The notes below the pieces were generated by a model that made no database searches, was not told the DNA's origin, and saw nothing but the letters and a program-made list of their open reading frames with translations. Both the position numbers and the translations under genes were made by a program. A DNA stretch of 27,434 bases from a virus (taxonomy: Duplodnaviria > Caudoviricetes). Below, piece after piece: positions 1 through 7,906 of this stretch. Every line of letters begins with the position of its first letter. Position 1 is the first letter of the stretch. Location: positions 1 to 27,434 of IMG/VR virus record IMGVR_UViG_3300044477_000163. One strand, given 5' to 3'.

Positions 1-324
1 GGCGCCACATGTTAAATAACAATCAGTTTGGTCATCGGCACCTGGATCTGAATTAATATAGGTTGCATTTGCGGATGCGCATGATGTTGGTGCAGACGCC
101 CATGCCATACAGTAAGATCCAGCGGGACATTGGTTTCGTCCCTGTATCCCGTTTCCAACAGTTGCCGTGACCCCGGGACAATAATAACTTGCCGGACAAC
201 CAACACATGATGTTCCGTTGTAATAGTGGGATGTACCGCAAGTTAAAGTCGCAGCAAATGCGAAACCAGGGAAAAATAGTAAAAATGGAAGTAATGATTT
301 TTTCGTAATAAAAACGTCTCCCAA
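1..324 (-). CDS. Host Cys-rich secreted protein, N-terminal part (runs off the left edge; start codon uncertain: TTG 324, ATT 309 or ACG 306)
   Basis: Frame missing from the ORF track, translated by hand: KKSLLPFLLFFPGFAFA|ATLTCGTSHYYNGTSCVGCPASYYCPGV...QCPAGSYC...TDCYLTCGA. Signal peptide with AFA cleavage site, CPAGxYC-type repeats, GGAG upstream. Confidence 0.75.
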   Translation of the reverse strand, partial: MGDVFITKKSLLPFLLFFPGFAFAATLTCGTSHYYNGTSCVGCPASYYCPGVTATVGNGIQGRNQCPAGSYCMAWASAPTSCASANATYINSDPGADDQTDCYLTCGA

Positions 325-546
325 CTCTATGGGACATATATAACTAAATTATGCATAGTAAAATCAATAAAAAACTTACTTTCTAGGAAATTAATTTGTA
401 CGTATATCAAATGGTTAAAGTTTATTTATTATTGAAAAAATAGTGTATTTTGTGGTGTTGCTTATCATCAATGCCGGTTCGATGAAATTATGAACAGAAT
501 AAAATCCAGATAGTTCAATTTGCCGGCGTTTATGGATAAAAAGTTC

Positions 547-575
547 TTGCAATTATAGTTTTTTGGGATTATTAT
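547..575 (+). promoter_or_regulatory. Sigma70-type promoter of the tRNA gene
   Basis: TTGCAA (547-552), 17-bp spacer, TATTAT (570-575), 15 nt upstream of the tRNA 5' end. Confidence 0.75.
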
Positions 576-590
576 ATCGGCACTGGTTTT

Positions 591-629
591 GGGGCGGTAG
601 CTCAGTTGGTTAGAGCGGAGCGCTCATAA
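591..629 (+). tRNA. 5' half of a tRNA with CAT anticodon (probably Ile2, possibly elongator Met), truncated at the anticodon loop; prophage att junction
   Basis: GGGGCGG-TA-GCTC-AGTTGGTTA-GAGC-G-GAGCG-CTCATAA gives acceptor 5' strand, full D arm, anticodon stem 5' strand and 7-nt loop. What follows (TTTAGAG) cannot pair with GAGCG and no T-arm follows. It lacks initiator features (C1, GGG anticodon stem). Confidence 0.85.
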
Positions 630-761
630 TTTAGAGACCACGGCTTTCCTTTTGATACAAACGCACTCATTTCTCGTTGGTTTCTGCCTATTACAGCCAT
701 ATAACACAAATTGACGCTTGTCGTTCTAAATCTGCCAAAATCGTTATAAATCGCTACTTGC

Positions 762-780
762 GTCTACACATTGTCTACAC
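762..780. repeat. Direct repeat GTCTACAC x2, putative integrase arm-type binding sites
   Basis: GTCTACAC at 762-769 and 773-780 (11-bp period), about 130 bp inside the att core. Confidence 0.55.
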
Positions 781-825
781 GGAATTTTACACAGGAATTG
801 ATTCTTATTTTGAGATAAATTTAGC

Positions 826-859
826 ATAAAAAATACCCCCGATTTAGGTTATAAATCGG
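826..859 (-). terminator. Putative intrinsic terminator downstream of the OMP gene
   Basis: Stem CCGATTTA (839-846) / TAAATCGG (852-859) with 5-nt loop, followed on the minus strand by GGGTATTTTTT. Confidence 0.55.
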
Positions 860-923
860 AGTGAAAATTTTAACCAACAATCGTTAAATAAGAGTCGCAA
901 GTGATATTTATATGGGCAAATAA

Positions 924-1979
924 TTAAAATAAAAATCTGAGACGTGCGCCGATATCCATAATACTCAAAGTTCCGCTTTCTTTCCAGTCTTTATAATTGA
1001 GTGTTTCATCATGATCTGGTGCGCTATCAACCCATACAGTTTGAGTTAACAAAACGTCTCCATTGGTTTGCACTCGTCCAAGATCAGTATAACGAACAAA
1101 AAGGTCTAACTGCAATCTATTGAATAACTGTGATGTACCACCGATTTCAACCGAATAGGCAAAATTATTTGTTGTTCCTCCAGAGTGAACAGCCAAAATA
1201 TTGGATGATCCTGTCACTCCAGCATCCATTGCATGAAGCCCTGCGTCAAAAACTTCATAATCAGAAATCTTATTTGTTCCAAGACCAATACCTGCACCAA
1301 TATATGGAGTCACTTTTCCGCCAATAATACGTCCAGTAATTTTATCTAGATTGTAATAAGCATTTAACATTGCTGCGTTTCCAGAAATATCGCCTCCATT
1401 GGAATGAAATGAAAAATAATCAGTATAACCACCATCTCTTCCACCAGCTGATGTATTGACCAACCCTGGTAAGGATATGCCAGAATAAATCATATATGAA
1501 ATATCAACCCTAAGATCTTTTATAACTTTTGTACCAACAGAAAGTTGAATGGGAGTGCTTCTTTTATTGATTTCTAATTCTGATTGCTGAAACGAACCTG
1601 GTACCACCCAAGAGTCTGTCTTATTTTTATAATCTGCTGTTATACCGCCATCCATAAATGCTACATATCCAACAGAAAGTCCGGCATAGAATCTGTACGG
1701 ATTTTTTTCGTTAGCGTTGTTTTTAATATTATTAGTATCTGTGCTCACTTTTTTAGATGAATCACACCAAACATGTTCTCCCTTAAAGAAACCACAACCA
1801 ACCCAACCTTTTGGAATACTATTATTTACACATGGCTCTATTTCATTACTTGATACTTGACACCAATTAGCATAGGACGGAACTGTCATCAAAACAAATA
1901 AAAAGACAGACAAAGAGAATAATCTCAATAATTGTGATTCATAAAAATTATTTTTTGTTTTGTCTGTCTTTACTGTCAT
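924..1979 (-). CDS. Outer-membrane beta-barrel protein (opacity/OmpA-like 8-strand type) with short Cys-rich N-terminal extension; prophage cargo
   Basis: Signal peptide ending PSYA; barrel motifs FYAGLSVGY, AAMLNAYYNL, TPYIGAGIG, LDLFVRYTDLG; C-terminal ARLRFLF with terminal Phe. Confidence 0.85.
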   Translation of the reverse strand: MTVKTDKTKNNFYESQLLRLFSLSVFLFVLMTVPSYANWCQVSSNEIEPCVNNSIPKGWVGCGFFKGEHVWCDSSKKVSTDTNNIKNNANEKNPYRFYAGLSVGYVAFMDGGITADYKNKTDSWVVPGSFQQSELEINKRSTPIQLSVGTKVIKDLRVDISYMIYSGISLPGLVNTSAGGRDGGYTDYFSFHSNGGDISGNAAMLNAYYNLDKITGRIIGGKVTPYIGAGIGLGTNKISDYEVFDAGLHAMDAGVTGSSNILAVHSGGTTNNFAYSVEIGGTSQLFNRLQLDLFVRYTDLGRVQTNGDVLLTQTVWVDSAPDHDETLNYKDWKESGTLSIMDIGARLRFLF

Positions 1980-1989
1980 CTATATAATC

Positions 1990-2199
1990 CTATATATCCA
2001 TAATCCAAATTGTTCCTATTCCTCCTGCGCCACCTGTGCCACCAACACCATTTACATGTTGTCCTGGTGCACTAGCAGGATTACCATTTGAACCAGAAGT
2101 CCAGGCTCCGCCGCCTTGCACTCTGCACCAGTCCGCATAAGCAGGGAGAGACATAATTATAAATAAAAAACATATAAATATAGAAAATAACTTTGACAT
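1990..2199 (-). CDS. Small secreted Gly-rich protein (69 aa)
   Basis: ATG 2199 preceded by GGGGG; signal peptide MSKLFSIFICFLFIIMSLPAYA, then a Gly-rich mature part; stops 10 nt before the OMP start. Confidence 0.6.
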   Translation of the reverse strand: MSKLFSIFICFLFIIMSLPAYADWCRVQGGGAWTSGSNGNPASAPGQHVNGVGGTGGAGGIGTIWIMDI

Positions 2200-2337
2200 G
2201 CAACCCCCAACAATGTCTTCAGACAATGTTAGTCCTAAATATATTCGAATCGCAAGTCTTTTCTTTAGGAAAATCTTCATAATGTCTGAACTATTAAATT
2301 ACTTTGTTTTTTAATTGTTCTAAAAAAATATAGGATT

Positions 2338-2553
2338 TCAATTGCGATTGCATATAGTATCATAAACTACATTATTATCGTCAATCTGGCGTATTGTGTT
2401 AGTAGTATCTTTTTTATAATCCGCATATATCGGACGATACAACAGACAATAATCACCGCTTGTATTTGTCGTGCAACTTATCAACGACAGAAGGATTGCG
2501 AAGCCCAGTGCGAGCTTTATTAGCCCGCCCCAAGTTCTCCAAAACCTTCTCAT
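2338..2553 (-). CDS. Putative o-spanin (Rz1-like lipoprotein)
   Basis: Hydrophobic stretch plus lipobox LISC, further Cys residues, 5' end overlapping the i-spanin candidate, last gene of the lysis cassette. Exact start uncertain. Confidence 0.65.
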   Translation of the reverse strand: MRRFWRTWGGLIKLALGFAILLSLISCTTNTSGDYCLLYRPIYADYKKDTTNTIRQIDDNNVVYDTICNRN

Positions 2554-2674
2554 TTTGAGATGCTTTTTCATCTTGTTTCCCTTTTTTTCTGCCAATAAAA
2601 TATGTTACGAATAGTCCCAACGCTACCAGCGCAAATTTTAATTCATTCCATATATTTTTTATTTTTTCTAGCAT
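2453..2674 (-). CDS. Putative i-spanin (Rz-like)
   Basis: N-terminal TM helix FALVALGLFVTYFIG followed by a charged helical segment; lies between the endolysin and the lipoprotein. Confidence 0.6.
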   Translation of the reverse strand: MLEKIKNIWNELKFALVALGLFVTYFIGRKKGKQDEKASQNEKVLENLGRANKARTGLRNPSVVDKLHDKYKR

Positions 2675-3072
2675 TTTAGCCCCATCCTTAATTCTTCGTC
2701 ACTGTACGGTTGTTTTCCGTTTTCATGACGGATTATTGCGCGCATCAGTGCTACCACCACATCATCATCTTCAAGATCTAACTGCTCGGATTCATCAAAT
2801 CCTGTGGATTTCGCCACGGCTCGAATGTAGGAAGTGGTATTATTCTCAGAACTCGGAGCAAAACGATTGATGATGCCCTTTATCGACCGAATACCATAGT
2901 AGAAATAGTAATTCCGTATCAATTTGCCAAGGGCACGAATCCCGAATTGCGGTGCTATGAATACGCAGAACGCGCCATCAGTTGGTGGTTTCGCAAGCCC
3001 TCGCCATTCAATACCGTTGTATCGGATATTTCCTGGATTATTGTTTCGGATTCCACGTGGTTGTCTTTTCAT
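2668..3072 (-). CDS. Putative endolysin (RGIRNNNPGNIR lysozyme-like family, often annotated as structural protein)
   Basis: Motifs RGIRNNNPGNIR, GIRAL, RFAPSSENNT, AIIRHENG; position between holin and spanins. Confidence 0.75.
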   Translation of the reverse strand: MKRQPRGIRNNNPGNIRYNGIEWRGLAKPPTDGAFCVFIAPQFGIRALGKLIRNYYFYYGIRSIKGIINRFAPSSENNTTSYIRAVAKSTGFDESEQLDLEDDDVVVALMRAIIRHENGKQPYSDEELRMGLKC

Positions 3073-3284
3073 TTTTTATCCTTTTCAAATATGGTTGCTA
3101 TATTCTCCCCAAGTGTGGCGGCAAGAAATGCACTGACCAATTCAACGCTGTAATTGCAGAACGCAAGAATTACTGCTGTGATTCCAAATACCGCACAGGC
3201 ATAACGCTTTGCGGATGGTGTGCCAGCACGGTCACTGAATATCTTGGAAATGTATTCCAATATCTTTTTTATTACGGTTTTCAT
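3069..3284 (-). CDS. Putative holin
   Basis: 71 aa, two hydrophobic segments, PSAKR motif, charged C-terminus EKDKK, ATGA-coupled to the endolysin. Confidence 0.6.
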   Translation of the reverse strand: MKTVIKKILEYISKIFSDRAGTPSAKRYACAVFGITAVILAFCNYSVELVSAFLAATLGENIATIFEKDKK

Positions 3285-3523
3285 ATATTTGCTCCCTTGA
3301 TTAGAAGTTTTACGTCCCCCTTTATTTCATACAGAGACTCTTTGATGGCTTTAAGGTCAGATTCCAAAGTATCTGTTCTTCGTTCCAGTTGTCCTATTCG
3401 AGTTTCAGCCGCCACCTGGCGCGTTTCCGCACGAACTACGAATCCAATTAGTGCTGCCATGAGCGCGTATAGAATTGCGCTACCCAGTTGAACACGTACC
3501 CCGTCTTTTTGCTCTTTTGTCAT
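3281..3523 (-). CDS. Membrane-anchored coiled-coil protein of the lysis cassette (holin/XhlA-like)
   Basis: One TM helix followed by a heptad-rich segment; coupled to both neighbours. Confidence 0.55.
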   Translation of the reverse strand: MTKEQKDGVRVQLGSAILYALMAALIGFVVRAETRQVAAETRIGQLERRTDTLESDLKAIKESLYEIKGDVKLLIKGANI

Positions 3524-4488
3524 TTTATTACCCCCTCTATACTTGTTTTGAATCCACTACTATCCAATCGATGGTTTACGGATTTAACGATCCAAGATCC
3601 ATCAATCTGTGGTACGGATGTTGTTATTATTATCCCTTCGGCCGTGATCAGACCATTCCCGATAATTTCAAGGGATAGAGTTTTTGTTCCAGCTTGTATC
3701 TCTGCCAATTTCTGTTTTGCATGTGCTTTAGCGATGTTTTCAGCCCTGTACGTTTCCCTTAATGTAAAAATCGGGGATTGATCCCCGATTTTTATTTCTT
3801 TTACCTCTGCAGCGTTAAAATCGTAGTATTTTGCTACCACCATGCCGTATTTGCCTCGTTCTAGTATTCTCATTCGGTAACTGACGATCTTGTCAGGTTT
3901 TATCTCATTAGTTGGTAATGGGCTGCCATCGGGGAATTTGCCCGACATTGGCTCAATAAACAATAGTGCGCCACCTGCTACTTTTATGCCTGCACCAAAA
4001 TCGCCCGCTAGACGCATCAAAAAGGCACTATCACTCTCATCCGTCTGATCCAAATGTTCTACTATAATATCAGTATATTCAGTCGCAATTTGCGCGGTCA
4101 GACCGTATCGACTTGCGATCGTATTCACAATTGTGGACACAGTTTTCTTTTCGTGGGATTCTGTTCGAGGGGACAGGAACACCCCCATATCCCGAAATGT
4201 AGAATTACTCGCCCGCCCTGTGATCGTCATTGTTTCGGGTGGTGATTTTAATTCTATTTCATCCACAATAAACTTGCCCATATCTTGCAGTTCGTCATAC
4301 CCAATACTTATCGCCAATTCTGCCCCACGAGGTGGAATATCTATTTCACTGTCACGATTATCCAGTTCAATTGTCATGGAGTCAGAAACAATCCCGATTT
4401 CATCAGTTATGTTTATGGATAACAATCGTGGATTTATCAGTTCCGTGATATCAACATTATCAGCTGTGATTATGAATTTAGGTCTCAT
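3520..4488 (-). CDS. Baseplate hub / late control protein D (P2 gpD-like)
   Basis: DITELINPRLLSINITDE, MGKFIVDEIE, DQTDESDSAFLMRLA, WIVKSVNHRLDSSGFKT; follows U and X; ATG 4488 overlaps the X stop. Confidence 0.9.
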   Translation of the reverse strand: MRPKFIITADNVDITELINPRLLSINITDEIGIVSDSMTIELDNRDSEIDIPPRGAELAISIGYDELQDMGKFIVDEIELKSPPETMTITGRASNSTFRDMGVFLSPRTESHEKKTVSTIVNTIASRYGLTAQIATEYTDIIVEHLDQTDESDSAFLMRLAGDFGAGIKVAGGALLFIEPMSGKFPDGSPLPTNEIKPDKIVSYRMRILERGKYGMVVAKYYDFNAAEVKEIKIGDQSPIFTLRETYRAENIAKAHAKQKLAEIQAGTKTLSLEIIGNGLITAEGIIITTSVPQIDGSWIVKSVNHRLDSSGFKTSIEGVIK

Positions 4489-4691
4489 TGCCAAAGTTTC
4501 GTTTTTTGTTTGGTTTTAGGGTCATCAATAATAGGAAGTAGAATTCGAACTCCCTGAGGTAAAACAGCCTCATAGTTTTCAAGGTGTCGATTTAATTCCA
4601 ATACCAATTCGACCACGCCACTTGTGCGTCCATAATGCCGATAGCAGATTAAATCAACGATATCACCGTCAACGCTTGTGTAGAATGTCAT
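4485..4691 (-). CDS. Tail protein X (P2 gpX-like)
   Basis: GDIVDLICYRHYG...VLELN...LPQGVRILLP...KLW. Confidence 0.92.
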   Translation of the reverse strand: MTFYTSVDGDIVDLICYRHYGRTSGVVELVLELNRHLENYEAVLPQGVRILLPIIDDPKTKQKTKLWQ

Positions 4692-5188
4692 AATGATCCC
4701 ACTAGTTTTTGAACAACACCTAATGCCCCAGGTAATGCGTCCTCGCCATATTTTTTAAGTGTGAGTGAGAATGCGATTTTACGTGCACTGCCATCCGCCA
4801 TAAAAGTTGTCTGTGTTTCATCAATATCCACAATACACCAACGTCCGAAAGCCATTCCGTTGCCGGATATTAACATCAAAGGAATGCCGAGTCCGGCCTG
4901 TGCACGCATTAGGGTTACCTGACGCAATCCTCCCTTAAACTGTGGGTACACAACACCGTCCAGTTTTATTGTGTCCGTGCCAATTCCGATGAACTGCATA
5001 GCGGGCTCGCCTAATATTCTTTTTTGCTCTACCCAATTGTATTCTGTAGTGCGCACAAGGTTTTGATATGCGGCATTCCCGATGCAGAATCTATACGCAC
5101 CCAAGATCATCATCATATTGACCCCAAGCATGGCATTCAGATTAAACTTGCCACCGACCGATTTTGATAAATCTCCGAAGCTTGTCAT
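4688..5188 (-). CDS. Tail protein (P2 gpU-like)
   Basis: MMILGAYRF, QFIGIGTDTIKLDGVVYP, GRWCIVDIDETQT, FSLTLKKYG. Confidence 0.9.
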   Translation of the reverse strand: MTSFGDLSKSVGGKFNLNAMLGVNMMMILGAYRFCIGNAAYQNLVRTTEYNWVEQKRILGEPAMQFIGIGTDTIKLDGVVYPQFKGGLRQVTLMRAQAGLGIPLMLISGNGMAFGRWCIVDIDETQTTFMADGSARKIAFSLTLKKYGEDALPGALGVVQKLVGSL

Positions 5189-5249
5189 TACATTTCCTTA
5201 TTTTAATAATGAAAAAAATCATTTTCCAAAGTATGAAATTTGAGAAAAG

Positions 5250-5258
5250 TGATACAAT
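5250..5258 (+). promoter_or_regulatory. Extended -10 promoter for the antisense moron gene
   Basis: TG-A-TACAAT about 30 nt upstream of ATG 5289; AAGGAG RBS at 5277-5282. Confidence 0.5.
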
Positions 5259-5288
5259 CTATTGTGAATCAGAATAAAGGAGTAGAAA

Positions 5289-5513
5289 ATGACAACAGCA
5301 ACAATATTACAAATCATTGGAACTTTAGTAATGTCTTATGATTTATTTACTACATCTCTTTTTGATGATGAAGGGACATTTCCAGAACTTGAAAAACGAC
5401 AAAAAATGGGCAGAATAAAGAGAGCTATTTATGATGCACCAAAATTAAAGATATGTGGTTTGGTTCTATTGATTGTTGGAATATATCTTGGTGCACAGTT
5501 TAATCATAATTAA
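5289..5513 (+). CDS. Small membrane protein (74 aa), moron on the opposite strand
   Basis: Strong RBS, AT-rich, two hydrophobic segments, fills the gap between the tape measure and gpU genes. Confidence 0.7.
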   Translation: MTTATILQIIGTLVMSYDLFTTSLFDDEGTFPELEKRQKMGRIKRAIYDAPKLKICGLVLLIVGIYLGAQFNHN

Positions 5514-7755
5514 CACCCCTTGCACGACGTTGTGCTGTTTGTTCTCTGGTATTTAATTCCTTTGATACTTGTTTTGCTACTTCTTCGGCATTCATTCCGG
5601 GACTGGTGTTTATCGTTATTGGTGCGGACACCGATACACTGGATTGATTGCTGTTTGTGGATACAGATGATCGTGGCAATTCAGTTATGGTTTGATCAAT
5701 TGGGGAAAAACTTTCGGCAACACTTTCACCAATCTTTGGCGATGTAGATGTTTTAGCATTTTCTTTATTGTCGCCAAAAGTCCAGCTCCATGCTTTACCT
5801 ATCCAACTATCCTTGACCCATTCTTTGATTCCATTAAAAATGTTTTTTGCTTTTTCCCATAGGTTCGTTATCCAATCCCAAACACTTTTGAATGCTTGCA
5901 CTACTGGCGCGAATAGATTCTTGAAAAATGCGCTTATTGGTTTCCAATATTTGATTATCAAAGCAGCACCAATTACAATTCCAGTTATTGCAAGTCCAAT
6001 TGGATTTGATACAAATGCCAAACCTACTGCACGGATAATTGGTATCAGTCCGCCAATTCCGACACGAAGCAAAGAGAATACGGTTCGTGCCTGGGTGAAT
6101 ATCCCCACAATAGACAGAAATCCGCCTTTCAGAAAAGTGAATCCATATCCTAACGCAAAGGTTGCCAACTTCATTGATGCCATACTTGCAACAGCAAGAC
6201 CGATATATTTTATAAGTGTTGGATGTTTTTGTGCAAATTCCGCAATCGTGCCTGCCGCTTTTCCGAATGTCCCAACCAATGTGTTTATAGCAGGCAACAA
6301 CGTGCTTCCGACATTTGTCGCCAGCACCGCCATTTGATTTTTAAGCAATTGAATGTTGTTTTCGGTTGTTGCGGATCTGGCTGCGAACTCTTTTTGCATA
6401 CTACCCGCCATAGCGGCCTCGTCTGCTACAAGCGCAAAGTTCGCTTTCACTGTATCTAAGCCTTCGACCAATGAATTTATATGCCGGTTTGCTTGCTCGC
6501 CGAACATATCAACCATAATTTGTGAACGCTTGACACCTTGGACTTTTTGCAATGCGTCCAGTACTGTAAGTATAGCTTCTTTACCTTTTCCATATTCTAC
6601 CAGCTTTGTATAGTCTTTCATTGAAATTCCAAGCTGGTCAAATGCTTTGCGTGCTGCACCGCTTGATACAGGTATCAGTTTCAATCGACTTGCCATCATA
6701 TTTATCGCCGTGCCTGCAATCTCAGGGCTTTTTCCCATAGCGATAAAAGTTCCAGCCAAGGCTGATACTTCGTTATAGGCAAGTCCAAACGATTTACCCA
6801 TCGCACCCGCACGCAAATTTACTTCTACGATTTCAGGTGCAGTCGCGGCCATATTGTTGGACAAGTGATTTATAGCATCGCCAACACGTTCCATATCAGA
6901 AATCGGCATTTGCAGAACGTTGGACATTTTCGCCATGGCTTGTCCTGCCTCGTCCGCCGAGATATCAAACGCAACGGACATCTTTGCCGCTGTTTCCGCA
7001 AATCCCGCAAGTTCTTCACGTGGCACGCCTAACTGCCCACCTGCGGCAACAATCTTCGCCAACCCGTCCAAGGACAGCGGAATGGATTTCGACATATTCT
7101 TGATGTCGTTTTCCATTTCACGCAGTTGTTTCGGGGTATCAAAGTTAACGACTTTTTTCACGTCTGCCATCGCGGATTCAAATGCAATGGCAGGCTTTAT
7201 CAATCCGTACATAGATGTCCCTAGAGCGACCACGTCAAGGATCTGTGAACGGTATCCTGCTCGTGCCTGCATATTTTTGGCTTTTGCGGATTCAACTGCG
7301 GCAAGTTCCGTTTGTCGTTTCTTCAGAGTTTCAAGGGCACTACCCAGTTTTGTCTGTTCACCAGTAAGATTTTTTACATTTATACCAGCATCGGATAGTT
7401 GTTTTCCCATATCATGTAAGGCTACAGAATTATTGTCGTATGTTTGTTTTGCAACTGCCGCTTCTTTACTAGCGGTGCGAAAGTTTGATTGTAATTCTTT
7501 TGACGGTTTGTCGGTCTTTGCAATCTCATCTGACAACGCGCGAACACGTTGTTCGGCCGATTGCATCTCAGCTTTGGCGGCAGCAGTATCCTGTTTTAGT
7601 TTTACAAATGCATCTGCATTTTTTGATACCTTGTCCAACCCTTTGATTGCATTACCGAGAGTGGTCAATTGTGTTTTTGCATCGCCAAATGCACCCTTGA
7701 ACGTTCCTCCAAGTTCTGCACCGATAATTACTGAAACTGACGATTGTACTGCCAT
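5500..7755 (-). CDS. Tail tape measure protein (TP901 family core)
   Basis: 751 aa Ala-rich helical protein; AIAFESAMADVKKVV, GDAINHLSNN, NPIGLAI; follows the tail chaperone. Confidence 0.95.
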   Translation of the reverse strand: MAVQSSVSVIIGAELGGTFKGAFGDAKTQLTTLGNAIKGLDKVSKNADAFVKLKQDTAAAKAEMQSAEQRVRALSDEIAKTDKPSKELQSNFRTASKEAAVAKQTYDNNSVALHDMGKQLSDAGINVKNLTGEQTKLGSALETLKKRQTELAAVESAKAKNMQARAGYRSQILDVVALGTSMYGLIKPAIAFESAMADVKKVVNFDTPKQLREMENDIKNMSKSIPLSLDGLAKIVAAGGQLGVPREELAGFAETAAKMSVAFDISADEAGQAMAKMSNVLQMPISDMERVGDAINHLSNNMAATAPEIVEVNLRAGAMGKSFGLAYNEVSALAGTFIAMGKSPEIAGTAINMMASRLKLIPVSSGAARKAFDQLGISMKDYTKLVEYGKGKEAILTVLDALQKVQGVKRSQIMVDMFGEQANRHINSLVEGLDTVKANFALVADEAAMAGSMQKEFAARSATTENNIQLLKNQMAVLATNVGSTLLPAINTLVGTFGKAAGTIAEFAQKHPTLIKYIGLAVASMASMKLATFALGYGFTFLKGGFLSIVGIFTQARTVFSLLRVGIGGLIPIIRAVGLAFVSNPIGLAITGIVIGAALIIKYWKPISAFFKNLFAPVVQAFKSVWDWITNLWEKAKNIFNGIKEWVKDSWIGKAWSWTFGDNKENAKTSTSPKIGESVAESFSPIDQTITELPRSSVSTNSNQSSVSVSAPITINTSPGMNAEEVAKQVSKELNTREQTAQRRARGVNYD

Positions 7756-7756
7756 T

Positions 7757-7906
7757 TTATTGTCTATTCATTTCGTTATAAGTTTGAATAGCGATTTTAT
7801 GCCATTCGTAAAAATCACCTTCGGTCATTTCAAGAATGTCCGAGAGTGGCCAATTGGTAATGTGTGAAAGGACTATAATTTCTCGGCGGATGTTTCCGCT
7901 GATCCG
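7757..7906 (-). CDS. GpE'-like extension reached by -1 frameshift from the tail chaperone
   Basis: The -1 frame reads RISGNIRREIIVLSHITNWPLSDILEMTEGDFYEWHKIAIQTYNEMNRQ*, matching the P2 GpE'-type W.xS.I..M....W pattern; it ends 1 nt before the tape measure ATG. Confidence 0.8.
   Translation of the reverse strand, partial: RISGNIRREIIVLSHITNWPLSDILEMTEGDFYEWHKIAIQTYNEMNRQ

Noticed and set aside
12-337. Track ORFs 12..206 and 53..337 (minus strand)
   Set aside because: Off-frame shadows; the third frame, open to the edge, encodes the coherent signal peptide and Cys repeats.
625-900. Group I intron in the CAU anticodon loop (Azoarcus tRNA-Ile type)
   Set aside because: No recognisable group I core elements and no 3' tRNA exon follows; an att junction explains the break better.
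5768-7867. Long plus-strand ORFs (189 aa, 315 aa and others)
   Set aside because: Antisense mirrors of the Ala-rich tape measure gene, with no RBS or motifs.
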